Source: a virus
Taxonomy: Duplodnaviria > Heunggongvirae > Uroviricota > Caudoviricetes
Strand: one strand, 5' to 3'
IMG/VR virus record: IMGVR_UViG_3300038443_000757
Location: 20,614-84,613 of that record
Length of the DNA: 64,000 nucleotides
Each line of letters opens with the position of its first letter. The stretch's first letter is position 1. The position numbers and the translations under genes were made by a program. This document shows, in pieces, positions 17,727-26,227 of this stretch. The notes under the pieces were generated by a model. The model saw only the letters and a list, made by a program, of their open reading frames with translations. It had not been told where the DNA came from and did no database searches.

Positions 17727-18251
17727 GTGAATAAAAGCGGATTCAGTATTGTTTTGGAGGGTAATGAATGTAATTATAAGACAACTGTAGCAAATAAACT
17801 TAGTAATTATTTTGGATTTGATCTAGTGAAAGGTTCATCTTTTGAATTGGCAACTGGCAGTAATGAGGATTTATTTAATCATTTTAAAAGCATATCACTA
17901 AAACAAAATATTGTAATAGATAGATTTATTTATAGTAATTTAATCTATGCTACACTATATCCGAAGTATACAATCATAACTTCAGAACAGGCAATTGAAT
18001 TAGAAGAGCAAATGAATAAAAATAATTTTATTGTTATACACTTATATTCTAATGATGAAGCCATAAAAGAAAGATTGTTAGAGCGTGGAGATGAATATAT
18101 TAAAAAGGAAGAGATTTCCAAGATCAATGAAATGCATTATGATAAATTTATCAATAATAAGACCGATACTTTTGTTATAAATATTGATACTACCAAAAAA
18201 ACCTCTGATCAAGTATTTAAAGAAATACTAAAGGAGTTATCAATTTGGTAG
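17727..18251 (+). CDS. deoxynucleoside/thymidylate-kinase-like protein with degenerate P-loop
   Basis: IVLEGNECNYKTT where GxxGxGKT is expected; LLERGDEY lid-like motif. GTG start. Confidence 0.45.
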   Translation: MNKSGFSIVLEGNECNYKTTVANKLSNYFGFDLVKGSSFELATGSNEDLFNHFKSISLKQNIVIDRFIYSNLIYATLYPKYTIITSEQAIELEEQMNKNNFIVIHLYSNDEAIKERLLERGDEYIKKEEISKINEMHYDKFINNKTDTFVINIDTTKKTSDQVFKEILKELSIW

Positions 18252-18277
18252 GCGTAAAACTATTTCCAAAGAAACTA

Positions 18278-18306
18278 TTGACAAGTGTAAGAATAAATGG
18301 TAGAAT
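18278..18306 (+). promoter_or_regulatory. class-A phage promoter (TTGACA-ag-TGTAAGAATAAATG-g-TAGAAT)
   Basis: Spacer box conserved. Confidence 0.6.
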
Positions 18307-18344
18307 AGAACTTGTCAGATAAACTAATAATGGAGTGATAAACA

Positions 18345-18647
18345 ATGATTATGGAATCTAAGAATAAGAACACCTATGATTTGACAATTACTGATGAAAA
18401 TTCTTCTACAAGAGTTGATATCTCTTTGAATTACACTGATTTTGAAGATACTGCAAAATATTCTAATGATACAGGATTGTATAGCAAGCCATTTTTTATT
18501 GGTGTAAGGGATTCTGTTGACGAATCTCCAGTTGGAAGCGTAGCTTCAATCAATATTGAAGAAGCGGAATGTCTTGCAAATGGATTGCTGTTTATGATTA
18601 AACAACTTAAAGCTAAACAGGCAGAGAGGAATGGTCAACATGAGTAA
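18345..18647 (+). CDS. hypothetical protein
   Basis: ORF with an RBS. Confidence 0.5.
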   Translation: MIMESKNKNTYDLTITDENSSTRVDISLNYTDFEDTAKYSNDTGLYSKPFFIGVRDSVDESPVGSVASINIEEAECLANGLLFMIKQLKAKQAERNGQHE

Positions 18648-18894
18648 AGAAATTGTTATTACTGAAATCAATGATATGGAAAAACAGAAATATGATTTGT
18701 TGAATCAATTTTATTATCTAACAAAAGAAGGACTTATTGCAGAGGACAACGGAGAAGAAGATAAGGCAGTAACAATTGCAGAAGAGCTTTCATATGTAAT
18801 TATTGCAATCGAAGACCTTGATGAAGAACTTAGACATGTAGGAGAAATGCACAGTTTTGATTACAAAATTAATATTTCTGTGGAGGAAGTGTAA
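18640..18894 (+). CDS. hypothetical protein
   Basis: ATG 9 nt after GAGAGGAA. Confidence 0.45.
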   Translation: MSKEIVITEINDMEKQKYDLLNQFYYLTKEGLIAEDNGEEDKAVTIAEELSYVIIAIEDLDEELRHVGEMHSFDYKINISVEEV

Positions 18895-18896
18895 AT

Positions 18897-19136
18897 ATGG
18901 AAATCATCAATATGCTTGACGACAAAAAACCTGAGGCAAATCTTGGAGATTTGATTATTGATCAATCGGAAAATTATCACATGATTGTTCAGTATGAAGA
19001 TTTATATTACAGTCTTGATCTTAGAACAATTGTTGTTGATCAAGAAGGATTTGAAGAAATTGATGATCTTATTGATTATTTTGGATATGGAATTAAAATT
19101 GTTCCGAAAGAACGGCTTTCACTTACATTAAAATAA
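18897..19136 (+). CDS. hypothetical protein
   Basis: GGAGGAAG RBS. Confidence 0.45.
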   Translation: MEIINMLDDKKPEANLGDLIIDQSENYHMIVQYEDLYYSLDLRTIVVDQEGFEEIDDLIDYFGYGIKIVPKERLSLTLK

Positions 19137-19168
19137 ACAAATAAAAACAAAACAAGGGAGATGTTAAA

Positions 19169-19408
19169 ATGTTTAAATTCAAACTGTTTTCTATTAAATT
19201 AGGAAAAGCAAGGAGATTGGCTGGTTCTGCAACAAATATGTTTGCAAAGGCTCATTCGAAACTTGGTAAGGCAATTGATATTCTGAACAAGGATCGTCAA
19301 ACTGCTATTGAACATGCTGAAGAACTGCAAAGACAGATTCGTGAAGCTGAATTGGTAATGGATAGTCACAAGAAAGCACAAGACAAGTTGAAAGAATTTT
19401 TCGAATAG
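19169..19408 (+). CDS. hypothetical protein (coiled-coil)
   Basis: Conserved GGGAGATGTTAAAATG initiation box. Confidence 0.45.
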   Translation: MFKFKLFSIKLGKARRLAGSATNMFAKAHSKLGKAIDILNKDRQTAIEHAEELQRQIREAELVMDSHKKAQDKLKEFFE

Positions 19409-19494
19409 CAAATGACAGAATAAATAAAAGGGTAGATTAATTTGTAATAAAATTCTTCTACCCTTTCTACTTGAAGGGAGAAGGATGATCAAAG

Positions 19495-19923
19495 ATGGAA
19501 GAACGGGAAGTTGAATACTCCACTGTAGGAAATCATATTACAGTTGATTTTTGGGGAGTAGACTTTGATAAAACAAATAATTTAAAGTATCTTGAAGGAT
19601 TGTTGATATGTGCCGCTGAAGATGCAGGAGCAACGGTTTTGGATGTAGTTTCAAGACAGTTTGAACCAAACGGATGTACTGTATTAATTCTCTTGTCAGA
19701 GTCACATGCATCATTTCATACCTATCCGCAAAAAGGCTATATTTCGTTTGATTGTTATACGTGTGGAGAAACAGTTGATCCCTACAGGGCTTTCAAGTTC
19801 GTAAAGAGCGTTATTAAACCATCCCGCGTTCACATTAAACAACTTAAAAGAGGTCTTGGGGAAGATTCACCAATCCAGATAATTAATATAGTGGGTGAGT
19901 GGAATGGCAATAGTAAAGTGTAA
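19495..19923 (+). CDS. speH: S-adenosylmethionine decarboxylase proenzyme (SpeH/class I)
   Basis: LSESHASFHTYPQ autoprocessing site (ES|H) and overall match to the short bacterial/archaeal AdoMetDC form. Confidence 0.8.
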   Translation: MEEREVEYSTVGNHITVDFWGVDFDKTNNLKYLEGLLICAAEDAGATVLDVVSRQFEPNGCTVLILLSESHASFHTYPQKGYISFDCYTCGETVDPYRAFKFVKSVIKPSRVHIKQLKRGLGEDSPIQIINIVGEWNGNSKV

Positions 19924-20512
19924 TTTTTGTAACCTCAAAGACACTGACAAGAAAGAAATGGAATGTGACACAATTGAATATGATAGTGGTTCAGTTGTTC
20001 GCAAGTATTATCATAAAGGTGAATGCTGGAATCAGTTTCTTGCAGAGAAAGAATTTCTTAAAAAAGAAAACGAAGAACGCGACTACTTAAACGAGGTTAT
20101 AAAAGATATTCATGGTCTAGATATAGTTCCAAGTCAATTCTTCAGCGGTTATCTTCAAGGATTGCGTAATGGCAACTTCAAGATGGGCAAGAAAGTTAAG
20201 AAAAGTAAAGAAGGATTCTCTTACAAGTTAATTGCTGACACTTATGTTTTCTGCAAAGACAATATCAAATACTGGCGAGAGAATAAGAAATTTGATGGAA
20301 CTGTAGCAGAGTTAAGGTATTGTCTTTCAATTGTTGTAGATAAAATCTCATTGGTCAAGAAAAAACAAGAACGTGCTATTCTGAAGAAACAAATTGAAGA
20401 AGAAAAAGCTTCTGCTAAATTTACAGATGATGATGCAGTAGAATTTGAACAACGTGAAGTCAAGTTTAAGAAACAGAAAGATGTAAATGATATTTCAGAA
20501 TTTCTTGATTAA
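19904..20512 (+). CDS. hypothetical protein
   Basis: ATG after GGGTGAGTGG; Cys pair near the N-terminus. Confidence 0.45.
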   Translation: MAIVKCNFCNLKDTDKKEMECDTIEYDSGSVVRKYYHKGECWNQFLAEKEFLKKENEERDYLNEVIKDIHGLDIVPSQFFSGYLQGLRNGNFKMGKKVKKSKEGFSYKLIADTYVFCKDNIKYWRENKKFDGTVAELRYCLSIVVDKISLVKKKQERAILKKQIEEEKASAKFTDDDAVEFEQREVKFKKQKDVNDISEFLD

Positions 20513-20524
20513 GGAGATGAAGAA

Positions 20525-20932
20525 ATGGACAACAACAAAGTATTTAATAATATCCTTAACACTTTAGAGTTAATTGGGCTTAAAAGAAATTTGGAATTAA
20601 GCGAAACACCAATTAATGAAAGAATTGTACGATTAGATCGTGAAACTGAATCTGAAATAAAATTAAGTCTTCCTAGTAGAAATGTTTGTAATTACGCTAC
20701 AACTCTAGGTGTTTTACATGAAGGTAAAATTTATATTGTCAAATGGAGACTTGACTGGCCTGTGACAGCCAGATTAAAGGACAGAGAATTTTATATTGTT
20801 TGTTTAGATGAAATTACTTGGAGAGATGATTGTAGTTTCTTGATAGGAATGAATATTCTTGTAAAATATGATGAGCTTAATTGGCGTGGGAAAGAAGCAC
20901 TTGATAACTTTTTAAGGAGAGAACAAAAATGA
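20525..20932 (+). CDS. hypothetical protein
   Basis: AAGGAGATGA RBS. Confidence 0.5.
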   Translation: MDNNKVFNNILNTLELIGLKRNLELSETPINERIVRLDRETESEIKLSLPSRNVCNYATTLGVLHEGKIYIVKWRLDWPVTARLKDREFYIVCLDEITWRDDCSFLIGMNILVKYDELNWRGKEALDNFLRREQK

Positions 20933-21162
20933 AAACAATTGAAGTAATTGAGTTTAAACTATCTAAAGACATTATGTTTACTGATGATATTGTATATCAT
21001 GCTGTAAAAGCCGAAAGTGGAGATTATCTTGTATTCTTTAATAGTAAAATTAATCCAAGGCCTTATCCTAGCTTTACAGCATATGCTTGTGAAGAAGTTG
21101 AGAAATATTTTGAAGAAGGCGGATGGATTATAGTAAAGAGACATGAAAGTGAGATTTGGTAA
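20929..21162 (+). CDS. hypothetical protein
   Basis: ATGA overlap with the upstream gene. Confidence 0.45.
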   Translation: MKTIEVIEFKLSKDIMFTDDIVYHAVKAESGDYLVFFNSKINPRPYPSFTAYACEEVEKYFEEGGWIIVKRHESEIW

Positions 21163-21341
21163 TGGGCGAACTTCAACCATATCTTGATTTCTTCTTGATT
21201 TATGAAGGAGAAGCAGATAAACGTCGTGCTATGATTGAGATGTTTAAGACAATTATTGATGATGATAAATCAACGACTGAACAGAAGATTACTGGCGTTA
21301 ATAACTTTACATTAGCTTATCTTACTAGCCTAAAATGGTGA
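21162..21341 (+). CDS. hypothetical protein
   Basis: Short ORF with a weak RBS. Confidence 0.35.
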   Translation: MGELQPYLDFFLIYEGEADKRRAMIEMFKTIIDDDKSTTEQKITGVNNFTLAYLTSLKW

Positions 21342-21529
21342 GAACAATGCTTAAAACTAACGATAAAGTTGTTCTTCTCGATTCTCCATTCAATCAATCT
21401 AGAAATGTTGTTAGCCTAACTGGAACTATTAAGTTTGATACTATTGGTAAATTTGTCTATACAGATTGTGGAAAGTGGATTTATTATTTTGTGAACGAAG
21501 TAAACCAAAACATTAAAAAGGCGGAATAA
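21335..21529 (+). CDS. hypothetical protein
   Basis: Overlapping short ORF. Confidence 0.4.
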   Translation: MVRTMLKTNDKVVLLDSPFNQSRNVVSLTGTIKFDTIGKFVYTDCGKWIYYFVNEVNQNIKKAE

Positions 21530-21533
21530 ACAA

Positions 21534-21815
21534 ATGAACTATAAGAGACTTGACAAAATGAATAGCGATGAACTTAGCGAAATGGTGATGTCTAACTTTG
21601 ACCATGAGGTTAATAGAGATGTTGAATTTACTCTTCGAACGAATGAGTCAACTTATGCTGGATATCCAGCATGGAATTTCTATGGATCAGTTTGGTATGA
21701 AGATTCTATGTTCCATTGTGAAATTATGGTTTACGGAAGTTACAGGGAAACAATCTCTGCCGAAACTCTTGAAGAGATTATGGAAATAGCTTCCAACAAA
21801 TATGGATGGGAATAA
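21534..21815 (+). CDS. hypothetical protein
   Basis: 93-aa ORF. Confidence 0.45.
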   Translation: MNYKRLDKMNSDELSEMVMSNFDHEVNRDVEFTLRTNESTYAGYPAWNFYGSVWYEDSMFHCEIMVYGSYRETISAETLEEIMEIASNKYGWE

Positions 21816-21824
21816 TAAAACCGA

Positions 21825-21853
21825 TTGACAATCTAGTAAATTAGTGCTATAAT
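21825..21853 (+). promoter_or_regulatory. sigma-A promoter (TTGACA-17-TATAAT)
   Basis: Exact hexamers. Followed by a GATAAAATAAA block and a GGGAGATGTT initiation box. Confidence 0.6.
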
Positions 21854-21899
21854 TCTTTACAGATGGAAGATAAAATAAAAATATGGGAGATGTTAAAAC

Positions 21900-22223
21900 A
21901 TGAAATTTGAAGAAAAAGTAGAATTTATCGCTGGTAAGCTTGCAGAACTTGAAGAGTTTGTTCAAAATAATGAGATTGCTACAACAGAAGATTTGCTTGA
22001 ACATGCTTATAATGTAGTGCATGATCTTAGATATAATCCAGTATATGGTGCGTATGTTGAACCACAAGTTCCATTCCATGTCTATTCTGATGATCTTGTA
22101 GCTAAGTATCGTGATGATGTTTGGGAAGAGGAAGAAAGTTCTTCTTATTACGAGGATGAAGATAGTTACTATGATGAGGATTATGAAGATGAGTACGATC
22201 CAGAAGACGAAGAACACAATTAA
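21900..22223 (+). CDS. acidic hypothetical protein
   Basis: D/E/Y-rich C-terminus. Confidence 0.5.
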   Translation: MKFEEKVEFIAGKLAELEEFVQNNEIATTEDLLEHAYNVVHDLRYNPVYGAYVEPQVPFHVYSDDLVAKYRDDVWEEEESSSYYEDEDSYYDEDYEDEYDPEDEEHN

Positions 22224-22243
22224 TTAGAAGGGAGATAAAGCAG

Positions 22244-23245
22244 ATGATAGCTATTGGTTCAAAGGCAATGCTTGTTAATAGACAAGGCGATAAACGATTT
22301 ATTAGCTCCGATTTTGATGTCATCATGAGCGTTGAAGACTTCCAGAAGTGGAGCAATGACAATCAAGATTTCATCAAGAAGATTTATCCAACTGGAAACA
22401 ATAAATTTAAAGCTATTGTTTATACAAAAGACGGTTCTGAGAAACAATATGAGATTGAACTTGGATTAAAAGGAACATCATCTGCTTTTCTTCTTGACAA
22501 CATGACTGAAACTTGTTCTTCTCTAGAAGTACATGGAGTGTTCGGAGAAGTTTATAATACAATCTATCTGGAATATCAATTCTTGACAAAGAAGTCTCAC
22601 ATTATTTATCCAGTTCACTTTGAGAAGAATATTGCAGATTATCATCACATTCTTGAACTTCTTAAATACAATTATGACAACTTCAATTACCAGCAAGACA
22701 AATTTATGGAGAAATATTACGAACTTCGCAGTGATGAAGCTAAAGAACGTTACAAAAAGTTTAAGACTCCTAAACTGAATGTAACTAATGAAGATTTCTT
22801 TAGTTCCAAGCTTGCGGTTAAACGGTACTTCATTCACGATGATATCCATCAGATGGTTAAACATCATGACAAGCCAGTGTATGAGATGATGAAGAGGGAT
22901 TTTGACAAGGCTTGGTGCGAGAAGGATATGTTCTTTGCGCTTCCAAAGGAAATGCAGATTCAATGTGTACAGGAAGAGGCGTACACTATCTCTCTTGAAC
23001 GATACATCATTCCACATGCAGAAGGATGGCAAGACCCACTTGACTGTTACAAACGTGCTGTGAAGCGTATATGCACTACGCTATGTTCTGGATGGTTCAG
23101 AGACTTTGCAATCGAAAATTATCCAGAGATTATTGCACGATACGATAAAGATTTTGTAAAAAAGTTTAAACAGAAATTTGAAAATGGTGAGATTAAATTG
23201 GTTGAAGGAAAGACAATCGAAGACTTGCCTGAAATTGTAGTTTAA
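22244..23245 (+). CDS. hypothetical protein with nucleotidyltransferase-like GS...SDFDV motif
   Basis: N-terminal IGSKAMLVNRQGDKRFISSDFDVIM; His-rich FIHDDIHQMVKHHD patch downstream. Confidence 0.45.
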   Translation: MIAIGSKAMLVNRQGDKRFISSDFDVIMSVEDFQKWSNDNQDFIKKIYPTGNNKFKAIVYTKDGSEKQYEIELGLKGTSSAFLLDNMTETCSSLEVHGVFGEVYNTIYLEYQFLTKKSHIIYPVHFEKNIADYHHILELLKYNYDNFNYQQDKFMEKYYELRSDEAKERYKKFKTPKLNVTNEDFFSSKLAVKRYFIHDDIHQMVKHHDKPVYEMMKRDFDKAWCEKDMFFALPKEMQIQCVQEEAYTISLERYIIPHAEGWQDPLDCYKRAVKRICTTLCSGWFRDFAIENYPEIIARYDKDFVKKFKQKFENGEIKLVEGKTIEDLPEIVV

Positions 23246-23252
23246 TTATGGC

Positions 23253-23285
23253 GAGACTGGCTGAAAAGCTAGTCTCTTTTATTTA
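23253..23285 (+). terminator. rho-independent terminator
   Basis: GAGACTGGCT-gaaa-AGCTAGTCTC followed by TTTTATTTATT. Confidence 0.6.
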
Positions 23286-23301
23286 TTGAAAGGGTGATTG
23301 T

Positions 23302-24918
23302 ATGGCTACAAGAAATACAAAAACAACTAAACCAACTAAAAAGCCAAATCCAAACAAAGAAATTATTGATAAACTTAAAGAGGAAGTAATTATTCCAGAG
23401 GCATATATAACAGCACTATTTTGGAATGATCCAGCACAATATGATTTTACTCCAAAAGAAAAACTTGATACAGAATCGTTTTTGAATCCAAATTGGGGAT
23501 TTTGGTTTGGACTTGGACGATATATGTACTCTGAAAAACATATTAAAAAGTTTGATGACATTTCTATCATGAAATGTATTCAAGAACTTAAGCTTGAAAA
23601 GCATTTCGATAAATACGGAGGCTTTGAATCAGTTAGAGAGGTTCAAGAAGAAGTAGAGGGGTTTGAAGAAAACCTTGATGGATACTACAAAGAGGTAAAG
23701 AAGTATGGAATGGTTATCCAGCTACTTAATATGTTTGGCCCGCAAGTTGTTGAATGCACTGATAAGTATGATTATAAACGAATGAATAAAGATCAATTGC
23801 ACACTTACTGGCTTGACAAGGTTAATAAACTTGCAATGGATGGAGACGCAAGATACGAAGAACACTTCTTACTTGACAAACAGAAAATGCGTGAATCACT
23901 AGAGAATTGGGATAAGAATCCTAGCATTGGACTTCCATTCTATGACAGCAGAATGTGGACTAATATTTCTACAGGATGGGATTTAGGATGTCTATATATC
24001 TATGGAGGTTTTGGTGGCTCTGGTAAGACAAGTTTGATTTTTAATAAAGTTATTATGTCATGTATTGACAAGAAAGAAAAGCTGTTAATCATTGCGAATG
24101 AACAAGGCATAGAAGATTTCAGGAAGCTCATGGTTGCAACTGTTCTAGGTATTAAAAAGGTATTCTTGAAACGTCAACGTATGAATGAAGGCGAATTTAC
24201 TGAAGACGAAAGAAAGAAAATTGAAGATGCAATAGCATGGCTTGAAGGACTTCAAAATTTCGACGAAAAAGTTGTAGCCTTCACTTTTATGGAAGATTAC
24301 ATCATGAGCGACGTGAAGAAGCTTATTCGTCACTATGCTAACCGTGGATATAAATCTGTGCTCATTGATACAGGTAAACCGTCTGAAGGCGATGGAGCAT
24401 TCTCTATGGCAAGATGGGAACGCTTCACTGAAGACTTTAAAGAGTTGTATAAACTTTGCCGTCCTAACGGTGGTGGCTTAAACCTTAGAATGTGGGTTAA
24501 TGTACAACTTGCCGACACTGCATTGACACGTAGGTTTTTGAATGAACATGCTCTTGGAGACTCTAAGAAGATAAAAAACGAAGCATCTGTTATGTTTATG
24601 GGTAGAGCACTTTGGGATGATGAATATGAAGGCGGAGACAACGCAATTGAAGCTTGGAAATATGTAAAAACTGACCCTGATAATCCATTCCATGACCAAA
24701 CAAAAGACTATAATCCAGAGACATTTAAGCTTCCTAGATTCACAGAACATAAGGGTAAGAAATATGAGAATATCTATTATGCCATTTTCACTCCAAAAAA
24801 TCGTCGTGGCAAAGACAATAAGATGGGTCAGGATATTCTTATTCTCAGGGCTGATTTGAATAATAATTCGTGGCATGAGGTTGGTTGGTGTAAAATATTT
24901 GATGATAGAGCTTATTAA
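23302..24918 (+). CDS. DnaB-like replicative helicase
   Basis: Walker A GGFGGSGKTS, then IIANEQGIEDFRKLM and SVLIDTGKP boxes in DnaB order. Confidence 0.6.
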   Translation: MATRNTKTTKPTKKPNPNKEIIDKLKEEVIIPEAYITALFWNDPAQYDFTPKEKLDTESFLNPNWGFWFGLGRYMYSEKHIKKFDDISIMKCIQELKLEKHFDKYGGFESVREVQEEVEGFEENLDGYYKEVKKYGMVIQLLNMFGPQVVECTDKYDYKRMNKDQLHTYWLDKVNKLAMDGDARYEEHFLLDKQKMRESLENWDKNPSIGLPFYDSRMWTNISTGWDLGCLYIYGGFGGSGKTSLIFNKVIMSCIDKKEKLLIIANEQGIEDFRKLMVATVLGIKKVFLKRQRMNEGEFTEDERKKIEDAIAWLEGLQNFDEKVVAFTFMEDYIMSDVKKLIRHYANRGYKSVLIDTGKPSEGDGAFSMARWERFTEDFKELYKLCRPNGGGLNLRMWVNVQLADTALTRRFLNEHALGDSKKIKNEASVMFMGRALWDDEYEGGDNAIEAWKYVKTDPDNPFHDQTKDYNPETFKLPRFTEHKGKKYENIYYAIFTPKNRRGKDNKMGQDILILRADLNNNSWHEVGWCKIFDDRAY

Positions 24919-24934
24919 GAAAGGATGAATAAAC

Positions 24935-25360
24935 ATGTACGTCTGTATGGATTGTTTTGAACATTATGATGTTCGTTTTATTGCCAAAACAGAACGCAAA
25001 GAATACCTTTGTCCAAAAGCTGATTGTCAAGGAGATGTAGTTTGGTTAGATGAGCTAATTGCTCCAGCAATCATTGTACTAAATAAAAAAGGATATACAA
25101 CTAAGTACTGTTGCAGTGGACATTGGTATGAGAACTATTCTTATATGTATATCTATTTCAATGATTGGGTATTGTTGCCAGAAAAACTTCCAGATGGATT
25201 TGTCAAAGATAAAGGAGATAAAATAACAATTAGAAATACAAATGATAATTTTAAAAATTATTCTGTAGAAGAGAAGTTCAAGTTTGTTACTGAGTCTAAT
25301 CTAAGACTACTCGAATGGGTAAATGCTTTGCCAGATTGTTATGAAAGAGAGGGTGATTAA
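24935..25360 (+). CDS. Cys-rich (zinc-finger-like) hypothetical protein
   Basis: CxxC...C...C at the N-terminus. Confidence 0.45.
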   Translation: MYVCMDCFEHYDVRFIAKTERKEYLCPKADCQGDVVWLDELIAPAIIVLNKKGYTTKYCCSGHWYENYSYMYIYFNDWVLLPEKLPDGFVKDKGDKITIRNTNDNFKNYSVEEKFKFVTESNLRLLEWVNALPDCYEREGD

Positions 25361-25361
25361 T

Positions 25362-25715
25362 ATGTGCTTTAAATGTCCTAAAAATATTTCAGATGCAAAA
25401 TTTTATGATCTTGAGACTGGTGAAGAGATTGGGTCAATTAGCGATTTTAATGTTTCAAACGTTAGTGTAGAGTTTGAAAAAGAATATGAAAGCACCTTCT
25501 TTTCACCTTCAAGTTTTAGTGATGGAATCACATTAACAGCAGATGATGTCTATATTAGTGCAAAAGGAATTAAATATCTTTTTGGATTTGATATGGCATA
25601 TCATCCTTCAGTCATTGAATCTTTTAGACTTGAAAAAATTATGAATCGCACAAAGAATAGACGAATTAAGAAAAAGCTTGAAAAAAGAATTAAAAAATTG
25701 GGAGTATGGTATTAA
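25362..25715 (+). CDS. hypothetical protein
   Basis: ATG after GAGAGGGTGA; CxxC at the N-terminus. Confidence 0.45.
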   Translation: MCFKCPKNISDAKFYDLETGEEIGSISDFNVSNVSVEFEKEYESTFFSPSSFSDGITLTADDVYISAKGIKYLFGFDMAYHPSVIESFRLEKIMNRTKNRRIKKKLEKRIKKLGVWY

Positions 25716-25724
25716 TGGAACCAC

Positions 25725-25753
25725 TTGACAAGTAACGCCACAAATGATATAAT
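25725..25753 (+). promoter_or_regulatory. sigma-A promoter (TTGACA-17-TATAAT)
   Basis: Exact hexamers. Confidence 0.55.
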
Positions 25754-25786
25754 AAACGAACCGAGCCGATAGGAGTTGATTCGTTT

Positions 25787-25942
25787 ATGAGAAAGATTAA
25801 AAAGAAAAATGACACTTTGTTATCTGCAATCAAACAAACTCGCAGTAGAGATTGGGGATTTAAGCCAACTAACAGAGTCATTGCAGATAAAAGAAAGAAG
25901 CAAAAGAGGGAAGCATGTCGGATTCGAATAGATGAAGAATAA
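25787..25942 (+). CDS. small basic protein (51 aa), speculative
   Basis: Lys/Arg-rich ORF under 60 aa, lying between a promoter and a large-loop hairpin. Confidence 0.25.
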   Translation: MRKIKKKNDTLLSAIKQTRSRDWGFKPTNRVIADKRKKQKREACRIRIDEE

Positions 25943-25979
25943 GCTTCCCTTTCTTTTTTGAGTAAAGGAGGACAGATCA

Positions 25980-26216
25980 ATGAAAGAAGAAGACAAACAA
26001 CTGAAACAAGAAATAGTAAATAAAATAAATGAACACAGAAACAAAATCAGAGAACTCCAAAGAGAAGTTGAAACACTAGAAAGACAGCTAAAACAAGTAG
26101 ATGTAAAATGTAAACATGAAAATTACTATTTAGTTGAGAAATATAAAAAACATGGTACAGGGAAAATGGTTAGTGAGTTTCAATGCAAAGACTGTCCTCA
26201 TTATTGGATCGTGTAG
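25980..26216 (+). CDS. zinc-ribbon protein
   Basis: CKHEN...CKDCPH spaced Cys/His; coiled-coil N-terminus. Confidence 0.45.
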   Translation: MKEEDKQLKQEIVNKINEHRNKIRELQREVETLERQLKQVDVKCKHENYYLVEKYKKHGTGKMVSEFQCKDCPHYWIV

Positions 26217-26227
26217 GTGTATGAGAT

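Noticed and set aside
25916-25970. Terminator after the 25787 micro-ORF
   Set aside because: The stem AGGGAAGC/GCTTCCCT is followed by a T-run but encloses a 28-nt loop, too large for a confident intrinsic terminator. Left as a low-confidence observation only.
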